Of a DNA stretch of 45,489 bases, positions 1 to 10,689 are shown one piece after another. How positions within the stretch are numbered: the first letter of the stretch is position 1; each line of letters opens with the position of its first letter. The notes below the pieces were generated by a model. That model saw nothing but the letters and a program-made list of their open reading frames with translations. It searched no databases and had not been told where the DNA came from. This stretch comes from Octopus bimaculoides (taxonomy: Eukaryota), in contig NC_068985.1 in the NCBI RefSeq assembly GCF_001194135.2, forward strand, positions 77,183,472 to 77,228,960, read 5' to 3'. The translations under genes were made by a program, and so were the position numbers.

Positions 1-50
<50 letters not shown>
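1..50. repeat. (AT)n microsatellite
   Basis: Perfect AT dinucleotide run at the window start. Confidence 0.95.
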
Positions 51-58
<8 letters not shown>

Positions 59-159
59 GTATGTATATGACGGAATCTCCTGTCATTAGACAACGTATGA
101 GGGTTCGACAATTTTCTTACCGAACAACCACACAGATGATTTGGATTGACATAAGCTCA

Positions 160-345
160 CCCCCGCCATCAGATCGACATTACGTGTACAAGTGCAATGG
201 GTACCACATGTCAGATGTCGAAATGATAGCAGAGCAACGTGAAACGAAGTGCTTTACTCAAGAACACAACGCAACGCCCGGTCTAGGAATTGAACGCACA
301 ATCTCCCAATCCGGAGTGCAACACCTAAACCACTAAGTCATGCGC
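160..345 (-). mobile_element. tRNA-derived SINE, 5' part
   Basis: The minus strand reads GCGCATGACTTAGTGGTTTAGG (A-box-like), then GTTCAATTCC (B box, 286-295), then a non-tRNA body. Confidence 0.6.
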
Positions 346-815
346 ATATATGTATGTATGTATGTTTATCAATTTGTGTTGCAAGATTCCTGATGTGATA
401 TTGTGCGTTGAAGCAGATATACGATATGAGCAGCATCTATTTGACAACCCCACCCTTCAACAAGAGTTTGCATCCCTCAACAGACAAATAACAAAATAGA
501 AGCACGCCTTACCATAGCCAGTAATAAAGTTAGGCAAATTTTAGAACAATACAGGGTAATACACACTCAATAGACATATATGCATTTACCTGTGACACAT
601 ATAAGAAATAGGGATAGATAAATAAAAAAAAGATTTTGAGAATAAATTAATAAATATATAAATAGATAAAAAAATAAATATATTTGTCATACACCAGTGA
701 TAAATATATGGAAAGGGCATTACTACAGAATAATTTCACACACTAGACTTCCCAAATAAACATTTTTATTTACCGAATGCGAAGAAATATATATATATAT
801 ATATATATATACATA

Positions 816-1698
816 TGAGGTGCATTCTTGAAGTTTTGAGACTTTCATAAGTGAAGTAATTATAACTGTCGTAGATTGTTGTACTTTTAGTATATCATTG
901 CTATACACCGAACAAGATGACCAGCCAACTTTTGCTTTCCCAGATTGAAGAAGATGGCTGTAACTGTACTTTGAACACACCATAGTAAACACTGCTTGTC
1001 ATAGCTGACTAGTTTGCAGAATGCAGTGGAAACGGTTGGAAGATCGCTCAGAAACTTATGAAATGCTCTAGACTGCTTATAGATTAACTTTTCGCTGATA
1101 CTAAAGGTTCAGGGACGGTTCAGAGGATGTGAAAGACGATGAGAGGCGTGGTAGTGTGAGGGACGTCAAAACATCAGAGCTGATAGAGAAAATATGCAAC
1201 TTTCTGGGTGAAGACCATCGTGTATCTATAAAGGTTATGAGCATACAGTTTGGAGTTAATACGGCAAGTGTACACGGAATTATTCACGAAGATCTGAAGA
1301 TGCGCAAAATTTGTTCCCAGGGTGGTCAGGGACGAGTATCTTAGTAACCAACTACTTGACAGATATGGCCATCAAAACTGTTCCACATTCTCTTTACAGC
1401 CCAGACCTTGCTCCGTGTGACTTTTGGTTGTTCTTCACTCTGAAGAATTTCAGGGGCACTCGTTTAGAACACGAAGGAGTTTGTGACAACGGTCCTGGAC
1501 ACCTTCACTTTGAAGGACTTTCATGGGGCCTTCATATGATGGCTGGAGTGCTACAACGAGTGCATTGAAGTTAGAGGATCCTACTTTGGCAGGTCAGCTT
1601 GTTTGGTGTATAGTAATGATATACTAAAAGTACAATAATCTACGACAGTTATAATTATTTCACTATTAAAAGTCTCAAAACTTCAAGAATGCACCTCG
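816..1698 (+). mobile_element. Internally deleted mariner-family DNA transposon with 111-bp TIRs, flanked by TA
   Basis: 816-926 and 1588-1698 are near-perfect inverted repeats (GAGGTGCATTCTTGAAGTTTTGAGACTTT...), with TA at 814-815 and 1699-1700. ORF 1129-1344 resembles the mariner HTH region (DDERRG...VHGIIHEDLKMRKIC). ORF 1311-1568 carries YSPDLAPCDF. Confidence 0.9.
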
Positions 1699-1949
1699 TA
1701 TATATATATATATATATATCACTCTCTCTCTTCCCTTTACACCGGCATGGTCACATGCTTCCGGTCAATAATCCTTTCCTTCCTCGGCTTTCGCCAAGTA
1801 ACGCACGCCACCACTTTGTCTCTCTCGGTTCCGTGCCTCATCGCGTTCCTACACACATAATTTTTCTCGTCTGGCCGTAAAGCCTTTTCTGTTTGTTTTC
1901 CTGTCTTGTTTTTTGTCCGCCACTACATTCCTCCATGGCTAGATTTAAT

Positions 1950-2505
1950 NNNNNNNNNNNNNNNNNNNNNNNNNNNNNNNNNNNNNNNNNNNNNNNNNNN
2001 NNNNNNNNNNNNNNNNNNNNNNNNNNNNNNNNNNNNNNNNNNNNNNNNNNNNNNNNNNNNNNNNNNNNNNNNNNNNNNNNNNNNNNNNNNNNNNNNNNNN
2101 NNNNNNNNNNNNNNNNNNNNNNNNNNNNNNNNNNNNNNNNNNNNNNNNNNNNNNNNNNNNNNNNNNNNNNNNNNNNNNNNNNNNNNNNNNNNNNNNNNNN
2201 NNNNNNNNNNNNNNNNNNNNNNNNNNNNNNNNNNNNNNNNNNNNNNNNNNNNNNNNNNNNNNNNNNNNNNNNNNNNNNNNNNNNNNNNNNNNNNNNNNNN
2301 NNNNNNNNNNNNNNNNNNNNNNNNNNNNNNNNNNNNNNNNNNNNNNNNNNNNNNNNNNNNNNNNNNNNNNNNNNNNNNNNNNNNNNNNNNNNNNNNNNNN
2401 NNNNNNNNNNNNNNNNNNNNNNNNNNNNNNNNNNNNNNNNNNNNNNNNNNNNNNNNNNNNNNNNNNNNNNNNNNNNNNNNNNNNNNNNNNNNNNNNNNNN
2501 NNNNN
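1950..2505. other. Assembly gap. Others: 8907-8925, 12844-13131, 15176-15609, 30434-30830, 31695-32555, 34406-34803, 37443-37542, 39188-39197
   Basis: N runs. Confidence 1.
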
Positions 2506-2570
2506 CGATCTGCGTATTATAGTTTATAATATTGATAAAGTCCACCGGTATTCAGTCACATATCTCTTTT

Positions 2571-2579
2571 CAGGTAAGT
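2571..2579 (+). promoter_or_regulatory. Candidate splice donor of a 5'-UTR exon of gene 1
   Basis: CAG|GTAAGT perfect consensus. The context ATATCTCTTTTCAGGTAAGT resembles ATATCACACTTCAGGTTGGT upstream of gene 2 (about 16455-16474). Confidence 0.4.
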
Positions 2580-3845
2580 ATTCTTGCTGTTGTTTTATAA
2601 CAAAGCGCCCTTAAAAGTTTTTTTATGTTGATATTCTGTTTTGGATATGTCTTCCACACTTGTGTTGAATGCAACATGGAATTTAGATTTATCTTCATGA
2701 AATCAATGCATTCATCAAAACTGTATTAATAACATCATCAATAACATATGAAGGTTATGCTGATAATTTAGTCTAAATGTGAGATACTATTGCATTAGTA
2801 ACTGTCTTACCTTACAGCCAGGTGGATGCTGCAAGTATTGATCTGCAGGATAACACTGCAATGAAAGAATTAATTCAGCACAATATGGAAGGACAGACGT
2901 CCCATTATCTGGAAGCTAGATAAAACTACGTACCACAAGAGCAACACAACAACTGCAATCAGATGTTAATCTAAGTGTCAGCAAAATTTGTACCGTAGTT
3001 TCAGCATAAAATGGATATGAAAGAAATCAGAAAAACTTAATTTCTTCTACATAATGGCTGAATTCGTGATGCCTTACGTTTCTTTCACCGGGACAGTAAT
3101 CAAAAGTCTCGAAACTATGCTGCATATCATCTACATCAGCGTGTTTCGTGGCATTTGAAATATGTGCTGGAAAAAGCAAACTATTCAAAAAAAAATTAAA
3201 CTTTTAGTTCAGGCACCAGACAGTATTAGGGAAAGAATGGTTCACTTTGTTGGACATTAGTGAATAAGTAACGAGAAGCTGATTAGTGACACTCATCTTT
3301 GAACACTTCAACATTGTTAAAATCATGGGTCACTCAAGGAAGACATATCGACAGATGACACCAAATGACATGGGAGGAATCATTTCATGACAGGAATATT
3401 GGGATTAATAGAGAATCAGGTGTTATATTATGTATACTGACAAACTCGACCTGGAAGGAGAAGGCTATATGATGTATGAGTGACCTTATTAATTCAAAAT
3501 TATATTATCCAGTTTCATATAAGTATGTTTTCAATTCAAATATGGCCTGATTCATAAATTAGGATCCTAAATTAGGATCAGAGAATCTGGAATTTCTTAT
3601 AACCATAAAATTCTTAAGAATTCATCAAAATTCATGTGTCTAGATATTAAAACAAAATTAGATAGAAACACGGGAACAGCAAAAAAAAAAAAATAATAAT
3701 AATATTTTCTAGTCTACATTGGCCGAAATATTTGTTTAACACTTAATGAAAGATATGATAGTTTTACACTTAATTATAAACAAATATTTACCATTTCAAA
3801 TAGTTAAGAAATAACTAATCTCATATGATTCTGTATTCAATTGTG

Positions 3846-3865
3846 TTCTTTTTTTTTATTTACAG
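3846..3865 (+). promoter_or_regulatory. Splice acceptor 19 nt upstream of the gene 1 ATG
   Basis: Polypyrimidine tract plus TTTACAG|ACAAC. The same motif and spacing occur in the paralog. Confidence 0.7.
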
Positions 3866-3884
3866 ACAACGAAGTACAACAGCC

Positions 3885-6128
3885 ATGAAGATGACAATAG
3901 CAACCAATTCTCTTATTGTTTCAATCACATTTATTATATCACTGACACCACTAAATATAGATACAACAGAAGTCGGAAATAGTTGTGAAATAAAAATTTC
4001 CCCCAATGTCAGCAAGAGTTTAAACCGTTTAGTAAAATCAGGCAAAAAGGTTTTCAATTTTAAAGTTCATATATCTGATAAAAATTTCGATGATTTTCTG
4101 AATCCTGTACCTCTAGATCATTATGCAAATGCTAGGCATTTCACGTGGATTCCAGATGAAAAAGATGGTCTCATAGCGTATAAGAATTTCTTCTATGACT
4201 TTTCACTCCACACATTTAATTTATTAGATGTCTACATCGCTACTCTAAGTATTGATATCGATATAAATTGTGGAAAACAAAATATTCAGAGACACGGTGT
4301 AATAAATTTAATTTTTAAGGAATTGAAGAGAGTCGTATTTATCGATAAATTGCAAATGGGAGATTCCGGATACATGTGTTTTCTTATAAATTTATCCCAG
4401 GACATGAATAAGACGAACAAACACGCGTTAGAAGCTTATAGAAGACTGGGTATGAATCGAGAGATATTGAAGAACTATTGCTGTGAACTGCATAAAAATG
4501 AAAGCCATGTTTATCATTCACAATCCATTTGTTCTGGACATACCATTGAAAATAGCATGTATGTCAATTATGAAAATATTGTTGGAGCAGTTTTGTGGGC
4601 TATATTGCCATTAATTATCAGTTTTGTATCAAAAGCTAAATTACCTTCATATTCCCGCGAACTTAACCAACAACAATTAACTCACGATGGATCCTCATTT
4701 AAAATTATGTACACATTACCATACAAATCAGAATGGGTCAATGGAAAACATAGTACTTACAGTTTCTCTCATTTTCTATCTTGGTTGTTTTGTTTTCACC
4801 ATTCCACTTTCTTTGCTTCAAGAGTAAGAAGATTCATTTTTATTATGTTTCCTCTTTCAATAATTTTCCTGGATCTTTTAATGCATTATTTATTTTTATA
4901 TGAAACGATGACAATACTTTTACATGATCGTATTCCATTGGGTTATCGCGCCATAATTCTAGGAATCTCTGAAAGCTTTGAAAATACAGATGGTTTTTTC
5001 GGGGGTCCCTTTGTTTGGTTTATCATCTATATATTTTTCAACTTTATTCTCTTCGTTCTTCCCAGTCGTTTAAGTGAGACTATCGCTTATAGTACATTAC
5101 ATCAAAGGTCTACTTGCACTTTTCTTATTCAGAATATTAGATTAATAGAGAACTATGGAAATTTGAATAGGTTTGAACTTGAAGATTACGATCTACTTTA
5201 TGCAATAATGAGAGCCAATGTTTCTACTGCTTTAAACCCAAATTTCTGGTATTTAATAATTTATACTTGGATTAAACGCATAAAGAAAATTTGGTTTTAT
5301 TACTACGAGAGAAATATTTTTAGCCAATTCATATTACTTTGGTTATTTATAACGATTACGATTTTATTTGCTGTATTTTCTATCTGCGAATTACTTCTGT
5401 GCCTCGTTTATTACGGAATCCCAATCGTTTATTTGATTCTAACTTTACCATTAAGTTACTTCAAAGTCTATATTTTACCAATGTATTTGAATCCTAACCA
5501 TATTTCCAAGATTATTGCTTTTATTTTAACATTCGTTTCGTTGCCCTTTTATGTATTATGGTATTTAGATTCGATTTATATTTTTCTTACAACTTTCCAA
5601 GTTCTTTGCAACTATTCATTTTCAATAGCTATTGCTGTAATTGCTAAACCTGATACTGTTGGTGATATATGGTTTGTTGCCATGTTTTTCGTTTACGGTT
5701 TTGCAATTACGAAAGCTATTCATAAAAAGTATCGTACTATACTAGTTAAAAGTATAAAGTTAACCAGAACTGTTCGCTCAGATTTAGTTCAATCAAAATA
5801 TGGAGAGAAATTCATAAGTGTTAAGTTGTTTAAAACAATTATTAACCAACATTTTCCTTTGAGATACGAGATTAGTACATCCATTGTAAAACTGTTCCTA
5901 ATCGTATCTTTTTTCTTTGCTTGCAATAACATAATAAACCGAAATGATTTGGATCTATCAGCATTCAAAAAAATCACGTTGATTTTGATGACGTCTCTGA
6001 TGCCTAAGTTATTGTCAATAATTAATACTAAATTTCGTGTTGATATATCCCTGTCACATAAAATTATCGGAACAATTAATGCATTCGAAGAAGTAAATAC
6101 TTCACAGACAAGTTTATCAATTTATTAA
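3885..6128 (+). CDS. Uncharacterised multi-pass membrane protein, paralog 1 (747 aa; signal peptide, ectodomain of about 200 aa, about 8-10 hydrophobic segments)
   Basis: Uninterrupted 2.2-kb ORF, co-linear with 16984-19197. The start GCCATG follows a splice acceptor and precedes a hydrophobic leader. N-x-S/T sequons and Cys residues lie in the N-terminal domain. Confidence 0.9.
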   Translation: MKMTIATNSLIVSITFIISLTPLNIDTTEVGNSCEIKISPNVSKSLNRLVKSGKKVFNFKVHISDKNFDDFLNPVPLDHYANARHFTWIPDEKDGLIAYKNFFYDFSLHTFNLLDVYIATLSIDIDINCGKQNIQRHGVINLIFKELKRVVFIDKLQMGDSGYMCFLINLSQDMNKTNKHALEAYRRLGMNREILKNYCCELHKNESHVYHSQSICSGHTIENSMYVNYENIVGAVLWAILPLIISFVSKAKLPSYSRELNQQQLTHDGSSFKIMYTLPYKSEWVNGKHSTYSFSHFLSWLFCFHHSTFFASRVRRFIFIMFPLSIIFLDLLMHYLFLYETMTILLHDRIPLGYRAIILGISESFENTDGFFGGPFVWFIIYIFFNFILFVLPSRLSETIAYSTLHQRSTCTFLIQNIRLIENYGNLNRFELEDYDLLYAIMRANVSTALNPNFWYLIIYTWIKRIKKIWFYYYERNIFSQFILLWLFITITILFAVFSICELLLCLVYYGIPIVYLILTLPLSYFKVYILPMYLNPNHISKIIAFILTFVSLPFYVLWYLDSIYIFLTTFQVLCNYSFSIAIAVIAKPDTVGDIWFVAMFFVYGFAITKAIHKKYRTILVKSIKLTRTVRSDLVQSKYGEKFISVKLFKTIINQHFPLRYEISTSIVKLFLIVSFFFACNNIINRNDLDLSAFKKITLILMTSLMPKLLSIINTKFRVDISLSHKIIGTINAFEEVNTSQTSLSIY

Positions 6129-6140
6129 TATTCTCTGAAA

Positions 6141-6146
6141 AATAAA
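6141..6146 (+). terminator. Candidate polyadenylation signal AATAAA
   Basis: 13 nt after the gene 1 stop. AT-rich DNA makes chance matches common. Confidence 0.35.
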
Positions 6147-6211
6147 ACTATTCATATATTCTAGAAATTATTCTATCGTTTTTAACTACTTTTGCACTGA
6201 CAGAAGCACAA

Positions 6212-6377
6212 AATACACACACACAGACCCACACATATTATAGATGTGTATGTGTGTGTATGTATGTATGTATGTGTGTGACTATATGCACGTAATAATA
6301 CATATGTGAATATGTGCGTGCGTGTGTGAATGTGTGTAGTATGTGTGTGTGTTTGCGTGAGAGTGTGTCTGTGTTTG

Positions 6378-6413
<36 letters not shown>

Positions 6414-6416
6414 TGC
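6212..6416. repeat. Compound (CA)/(GT)/(GTAT) microsatellite
   Basis: Direct reading. Confidence 0.9.
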
Positions 6417-6539
6417 ATAAAAGATTATTGTAATTTACTTAAAACAGTGCAATATGCTTAAATGAGATATATGCTTAAAAGAAAGAACTTTCAAGAAATG
6501 CAAGTGAGAATTTAAGTAAGATATGAAAGGTAATATTGG

Positions 6540-6746
6540 TTTCAAATTTTGGTGGAAGTCCAGCAAGATTGGAGGAAGGGGAGTAAGTTGATTGAATCGA
6601 CCCCAGTGTTCAGTTGGTACTTATTATATCAACCCCGAGAGGATGAAAAGGAAAGTCGACAGCAGCAGAATTTGAAATCAGCACGTGAAGACGAATGAAA
6701 TACCACTAAGCATTTTGTCCGGCGTGCTAACGATCCTGTCAGCCCG
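6540..6746 (-). mobile_element. tRNA-derived SINE, same family as 24145-24338
   Basis: Shares ATCGACCCC...GGTACTTA...AAAGTCGAC...GAATTTGAA...CTAAGCATTT..CCGG.GTGCTAACG with 24145-24338. A degenerate B box lies on the minus strand. Confidence 0.75.
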
Positions 6747-7486
6747 TTGTCTTTATGTATGGTGATATTTTAACAATTGAAAACAGAAAGAACATAACAG
6801 TTTCTTACAAACATTTTTTAATGACCCTGTAAATTTTAGGGAGTAATTTCCACTTTTCAAATAAAAGAAGAAAAAGGAGTGGCTATCGACAGGCCATTCT
6901 AGTATGTTATGACGAAAGACATTGCTATGATTACCATTTTATGTGCGTGCATACGAACGCATTAATATTTTCAACAAAAGAATTGACAGTGACTTCAAAG
7001 TTTCGGCGTTATCAGACTATGGTTTACTATGACCTTTCTACATTTATGTATCGCTTTTGGCAGAGTGTTTCTTTGGTAGGTGGCGTGCACTAAATGAAAA
7101 TTAAGTACAGCGTACCGAGACAAGAGAAATGACTACAGGAAGCGGGGATGAAGAAAGACAGGAGGAAAATATATGTTTGTTGAGTGTGGGTCGAAAGAAA
7201 GGGATGGTGGGTGTAGTTTCTTATGGTTGAATAAATAAAGTTTGCTATTGTTTCGCTTCACTCAGGCACGTATGTAGCAGAGCAAAACTTTTATAGAGGT
7301 TTATGTGGTTTATAGGGGTTTATGTGTCATAATCAAGTTACATTTCGTGTTGGCTGCAGTTTTAGTTTTTAACTAAAAGGGGTGAATTGCATTACCTATT
7401 TAAATCCTTCTAGAAGCAAAAAGATAATGGTTGAGCTGTTGGCGAATGACATTGACAGATTTAACGGCTCATCAAATTCAATTCTT

Positions 7487-7903
7487 TTATTCTTTTACTT
7501 GTTGCAGTCATTTGACTGCGGCCATGCTGGAGCACCGCCTTTAGTCGAACAAATCGACTGCAGGATTTATTCTTTGTAAACCTGGGTTTATTCTTTGTAA
7601 GCCTAGTGTTTATTCTATCGGTCTGTTTTGCCAAACCACTAAGTGTCAGGGACGTAAACACACCAACATCGGTTGTCAAGCTATGGTGGTGGTGGTGGTG
7701 GTGAGGAAGCAAACACAAACACACACAAATATATTCATAAATATATACGACAGGTTTCTTTCAGTTTCCGTCTACCAAATCCGCTCACAAGGCTTTGATC
7801 GGCTCGAGGCTATAGTAGAAGACACTTGCCCAAGATGCCTAGCAGTGGAACTGAACCCGAAACCATGTGGTTGGGAAGCAAGCTTCTTACCAGACAGCCA
7901 CGC
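7487..7903 (-). mobile_element. tRNA-derived SINE with internal microsatellite, family shared with 8741-9143
   Basis: Minus-strand tRNA-like head (GCGTGGCTGTCTGGTAAG...GGGTTCAGTTCC). The body CAGTCATTTGACTGCGGCCATGCTGGAGCACCGCCTTTAGTCGA recurs at about 8758 and, in related form, at about 29130. Confidence 0.85.
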
Positions 7904-8740
7904 TTGCGCCTATATCTATATTTTCTTGTACAAGATAATATATATCAGGTGACTAACATGTTCAAAGCAGTCACACAAAGTCTACTAACTGTATTACTGG
8001 ATCATGGTCGAAAATTTTTCTGATCTGAGAGGGATTACGTACCGTTACGGTAACCAATACAGTTACAACCAGCCTCAGCTAAAAGTCGACAAGTAGACTT
8101 GTCTTCTCGATAACATGTCTGAAATGGTGTCCCAATGAACCATTGATCCTAAACGGGGTAAGATCTATTTCAAGGAGTGAAGGAATGTTTTAGACATGGT
8201 TGCCAACATTTTCAGCGATTTGGGCTCGAAACAAAAACAACACCAATAATATAGTAAACTTAAAGTCGCCATCTCTTTGTGAATGCATTGTATCGAACTT
8301 AAAAAAAAAAAAAAAATCGGCGTGAATGAAGCTGCAGTTTCTGGTGAAAGTTTTCTGTCCGGTAGATGCTCTGCGGTAAAACGGCGTAGATTCAGTCATC
8401 GTCATGTTGAGGCTTGAAGAAAAGTATGCTAAGTATTGTGCTTCAAGAATGAAAAACTTCTTCCTCGCTTAAAATTGTGAAAAAGATAGGGTAAAGTCAC
8501 ACAAGAACCAACAAATCAAACCCAAATGGATGAATTAGTAGAACGCAAATATTGTGGCTAATCAGGAGAATACAACGCTCGCCAAGAATGTGTAAGCTAG
8601 AGGAAAGGGAATTTGATGTGGAAAATCTTAACGATCAACTGGAGATCCATAAAATCTGAGGAAGAAACTGAAGGAAACTGAGGCCCTGGAGTCAGAAAAT
8701 TTGTGATTAGTAGATCGAACCAATACTTTCTTTCTCTCTT

Positions 8741-8925
8741 TACTCTTTTATTTGTTTCAGTCATTTGACTGCGGCCATGCTGGAGCACCGCCTTTAGTCG
8801 AGCAAATCGACCCTGGGACTTATTCTCTGTAAGCCTAGTACTAATTCTATCGGTCTCTTTTTGCCAAACCTCTAGCATCGGTTGTCAAGCAACGCTAGGG
8901 GGGGGGNNNNNNNNNNNNNNNNNNN

Positions 8926-8985
<60 letters not shown>

Positions 8986-9143
8986 GAGGTGTTTCTTTCA
9001 GTTTCCGTCTAGCAAATCCACTCACAAGGCTTTGGTCGGCCCGAGGCTATAGTAGAAGACACTTGTCCAAGTTGCCATGCAGTGGGACTGAACCCGAAAC
9101 TATGTGGTTGGTAAGCAAGCTACTTAACACACAGCCACTCCTG
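8741..9143 (-). mobile_element. tRNA-derived SINE with internal (CA)n
   Basis: Co-linear with 7487-7903. Confidence 0.85.
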
Positions 9144-9329
9144 CACCTGTTTGAAATATTGAAATACCATTAAAATTGAACAATGGTATTGATAAGACTA
9201 TCTGCAGAAAGAATAAAGATACCGATACATAAGTATTAGCAGGTGTTAATTTATTTGAGGAAATCCGGTGGAAAAAGAAAGGACAGACAAAACAACTTTA
9301 GCGGAAACCTTTGTAGAAACCTTTGTGAC

Positions 9330-10400
9330 AAACGTGGATACTAATCATTTTGAGCAGTCGTAGGAAAAATATAAAGATCTCAATCGACGGTGGAATCCAG
9401 ATAAATTAAGGACAGGGAGAAAGGTAGATAAGAGGTAAGAGAAAATTTGGAATCGAACATTTTCTATGATGGAGATGAAGTAGGTAAAGTTCATAAAAAT
9501 ACTAAAATAGATCTATCTAATGAGGAGAATATAAAATGACTAAATGTTGAAATAACATACATATATCTGAGAATATTGGAAACTGATAAAATGAGAAATA
9601 TAAAATTGAAAGATGCCCGCACTAAAGCTTATTTGAAAATCCAAATTGAATGCAGAAAACATCGTACAAAAATTCTACTCGAGGGTAGTATCGTAAATAA
9701 AGTATGGAGTAAAAATTATTGAGTTGAAGAAAGGTATATCAACAAGAAAATGAATTAGCATTTCACAATGTACAGAAACATGCATCCCCAATCAGATGTA
9801 CAGCGGTTACAGAAAGAGAGTTAATGATTATCGAAGCTGTGACAGAACTAGAGAAAGCAAGTCAAGGTTTCTATCAAGAAGGAAAAGAAATTATATTATG
9901 CAGGTAGTAAATGAAGCGCTACTTACAGAGTCTGAAAAAGGAAAACAGGAATATATAGAAAATGAGAAAATAAATTTTAAAACAAAGAGACTTCATTCAG
10001 TGATAATTCAAAAAATCCATATAGACAAAGACAGCTGGCTCTGGCTAATGATGTTAAAGAAAGAAGTATTCAGGAAAGATACTGTGAGTATGGTTTCAAT
10101 TGAGTAGGTACATGTCCAAAGGAATATTTAGATCTCGAGAATGAGAGATTAAGAGGAATACTCATACAAATATAGAATGTGTGATGATTCAGATGAAATC
10201 TTAATTAATATTGTATCAGAATATCTACAATCAGTTTAGAAAGAATAGAAAAAAGGTAATCATAATAAGATTGCAGCAATCATCCATTGAGATATTTGAA
10301 AGAAACTTGGTTTTTGCATGCAAAGAGAAATGACTATTTTAGGGGAATAGAAATATGGGAAAATAGAAATATGGAACTGAAAAGAATGGGGTGAGGTTGT
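9330..10400 (+). mobile_element. Highly decayed R4/Dong-like non-LTR retrotransposon fragment
   Basis: Residual peptides TYIYLRILETDKM, KRLHSVIIQKIHIDKDSWLWL and HNKIAAIIH parallel the better-preserved element at 26112-28525 (YKYLGILEMDK, KRMYGQFHR...RWLWM, RHDNIARLVHW). Confidence 0.55.
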
Positions 10401-10689
10401 TATGAGACTTTCCTAAAGAAACGATATATTGCAATTAATGTGTTATGTCTATTTGATATCAAATAAAAGAAAAAAGAACAGAAAAAGCAAAAGAAAAGCG
10501 CATTACATGGACTTCAAGTGCTACTGTACTCTGTCTCCAAATACAGAAGTCTATTTCTCATCAGGCAGTGAAGTAGCTTTGTTGGTGTTTCGGTCTCTTT
10601 TATCGCGAAATCAGACCTGCTCGGGTCCACCCACCGATTTAAGCGATAAAACGCCCGTACAACACCACGGGCTTTGTTGAATCAGACAT

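Noticed and set aside
1720-1949. Possible LINE 3'-end peptide on the minus strand (KRLYGQTRK...KWWRALL)
   Set aside because: Too short and degenerate to assign, and truncated by a gap.
3825-3884. N-terminal extensions in the ORF track (3825 and 16933 starts)
   Set aside because: They translate the polypyrimidine tract. Paralog similarity starts at the acceptor, and the signal peptide starts at the GCCATG.
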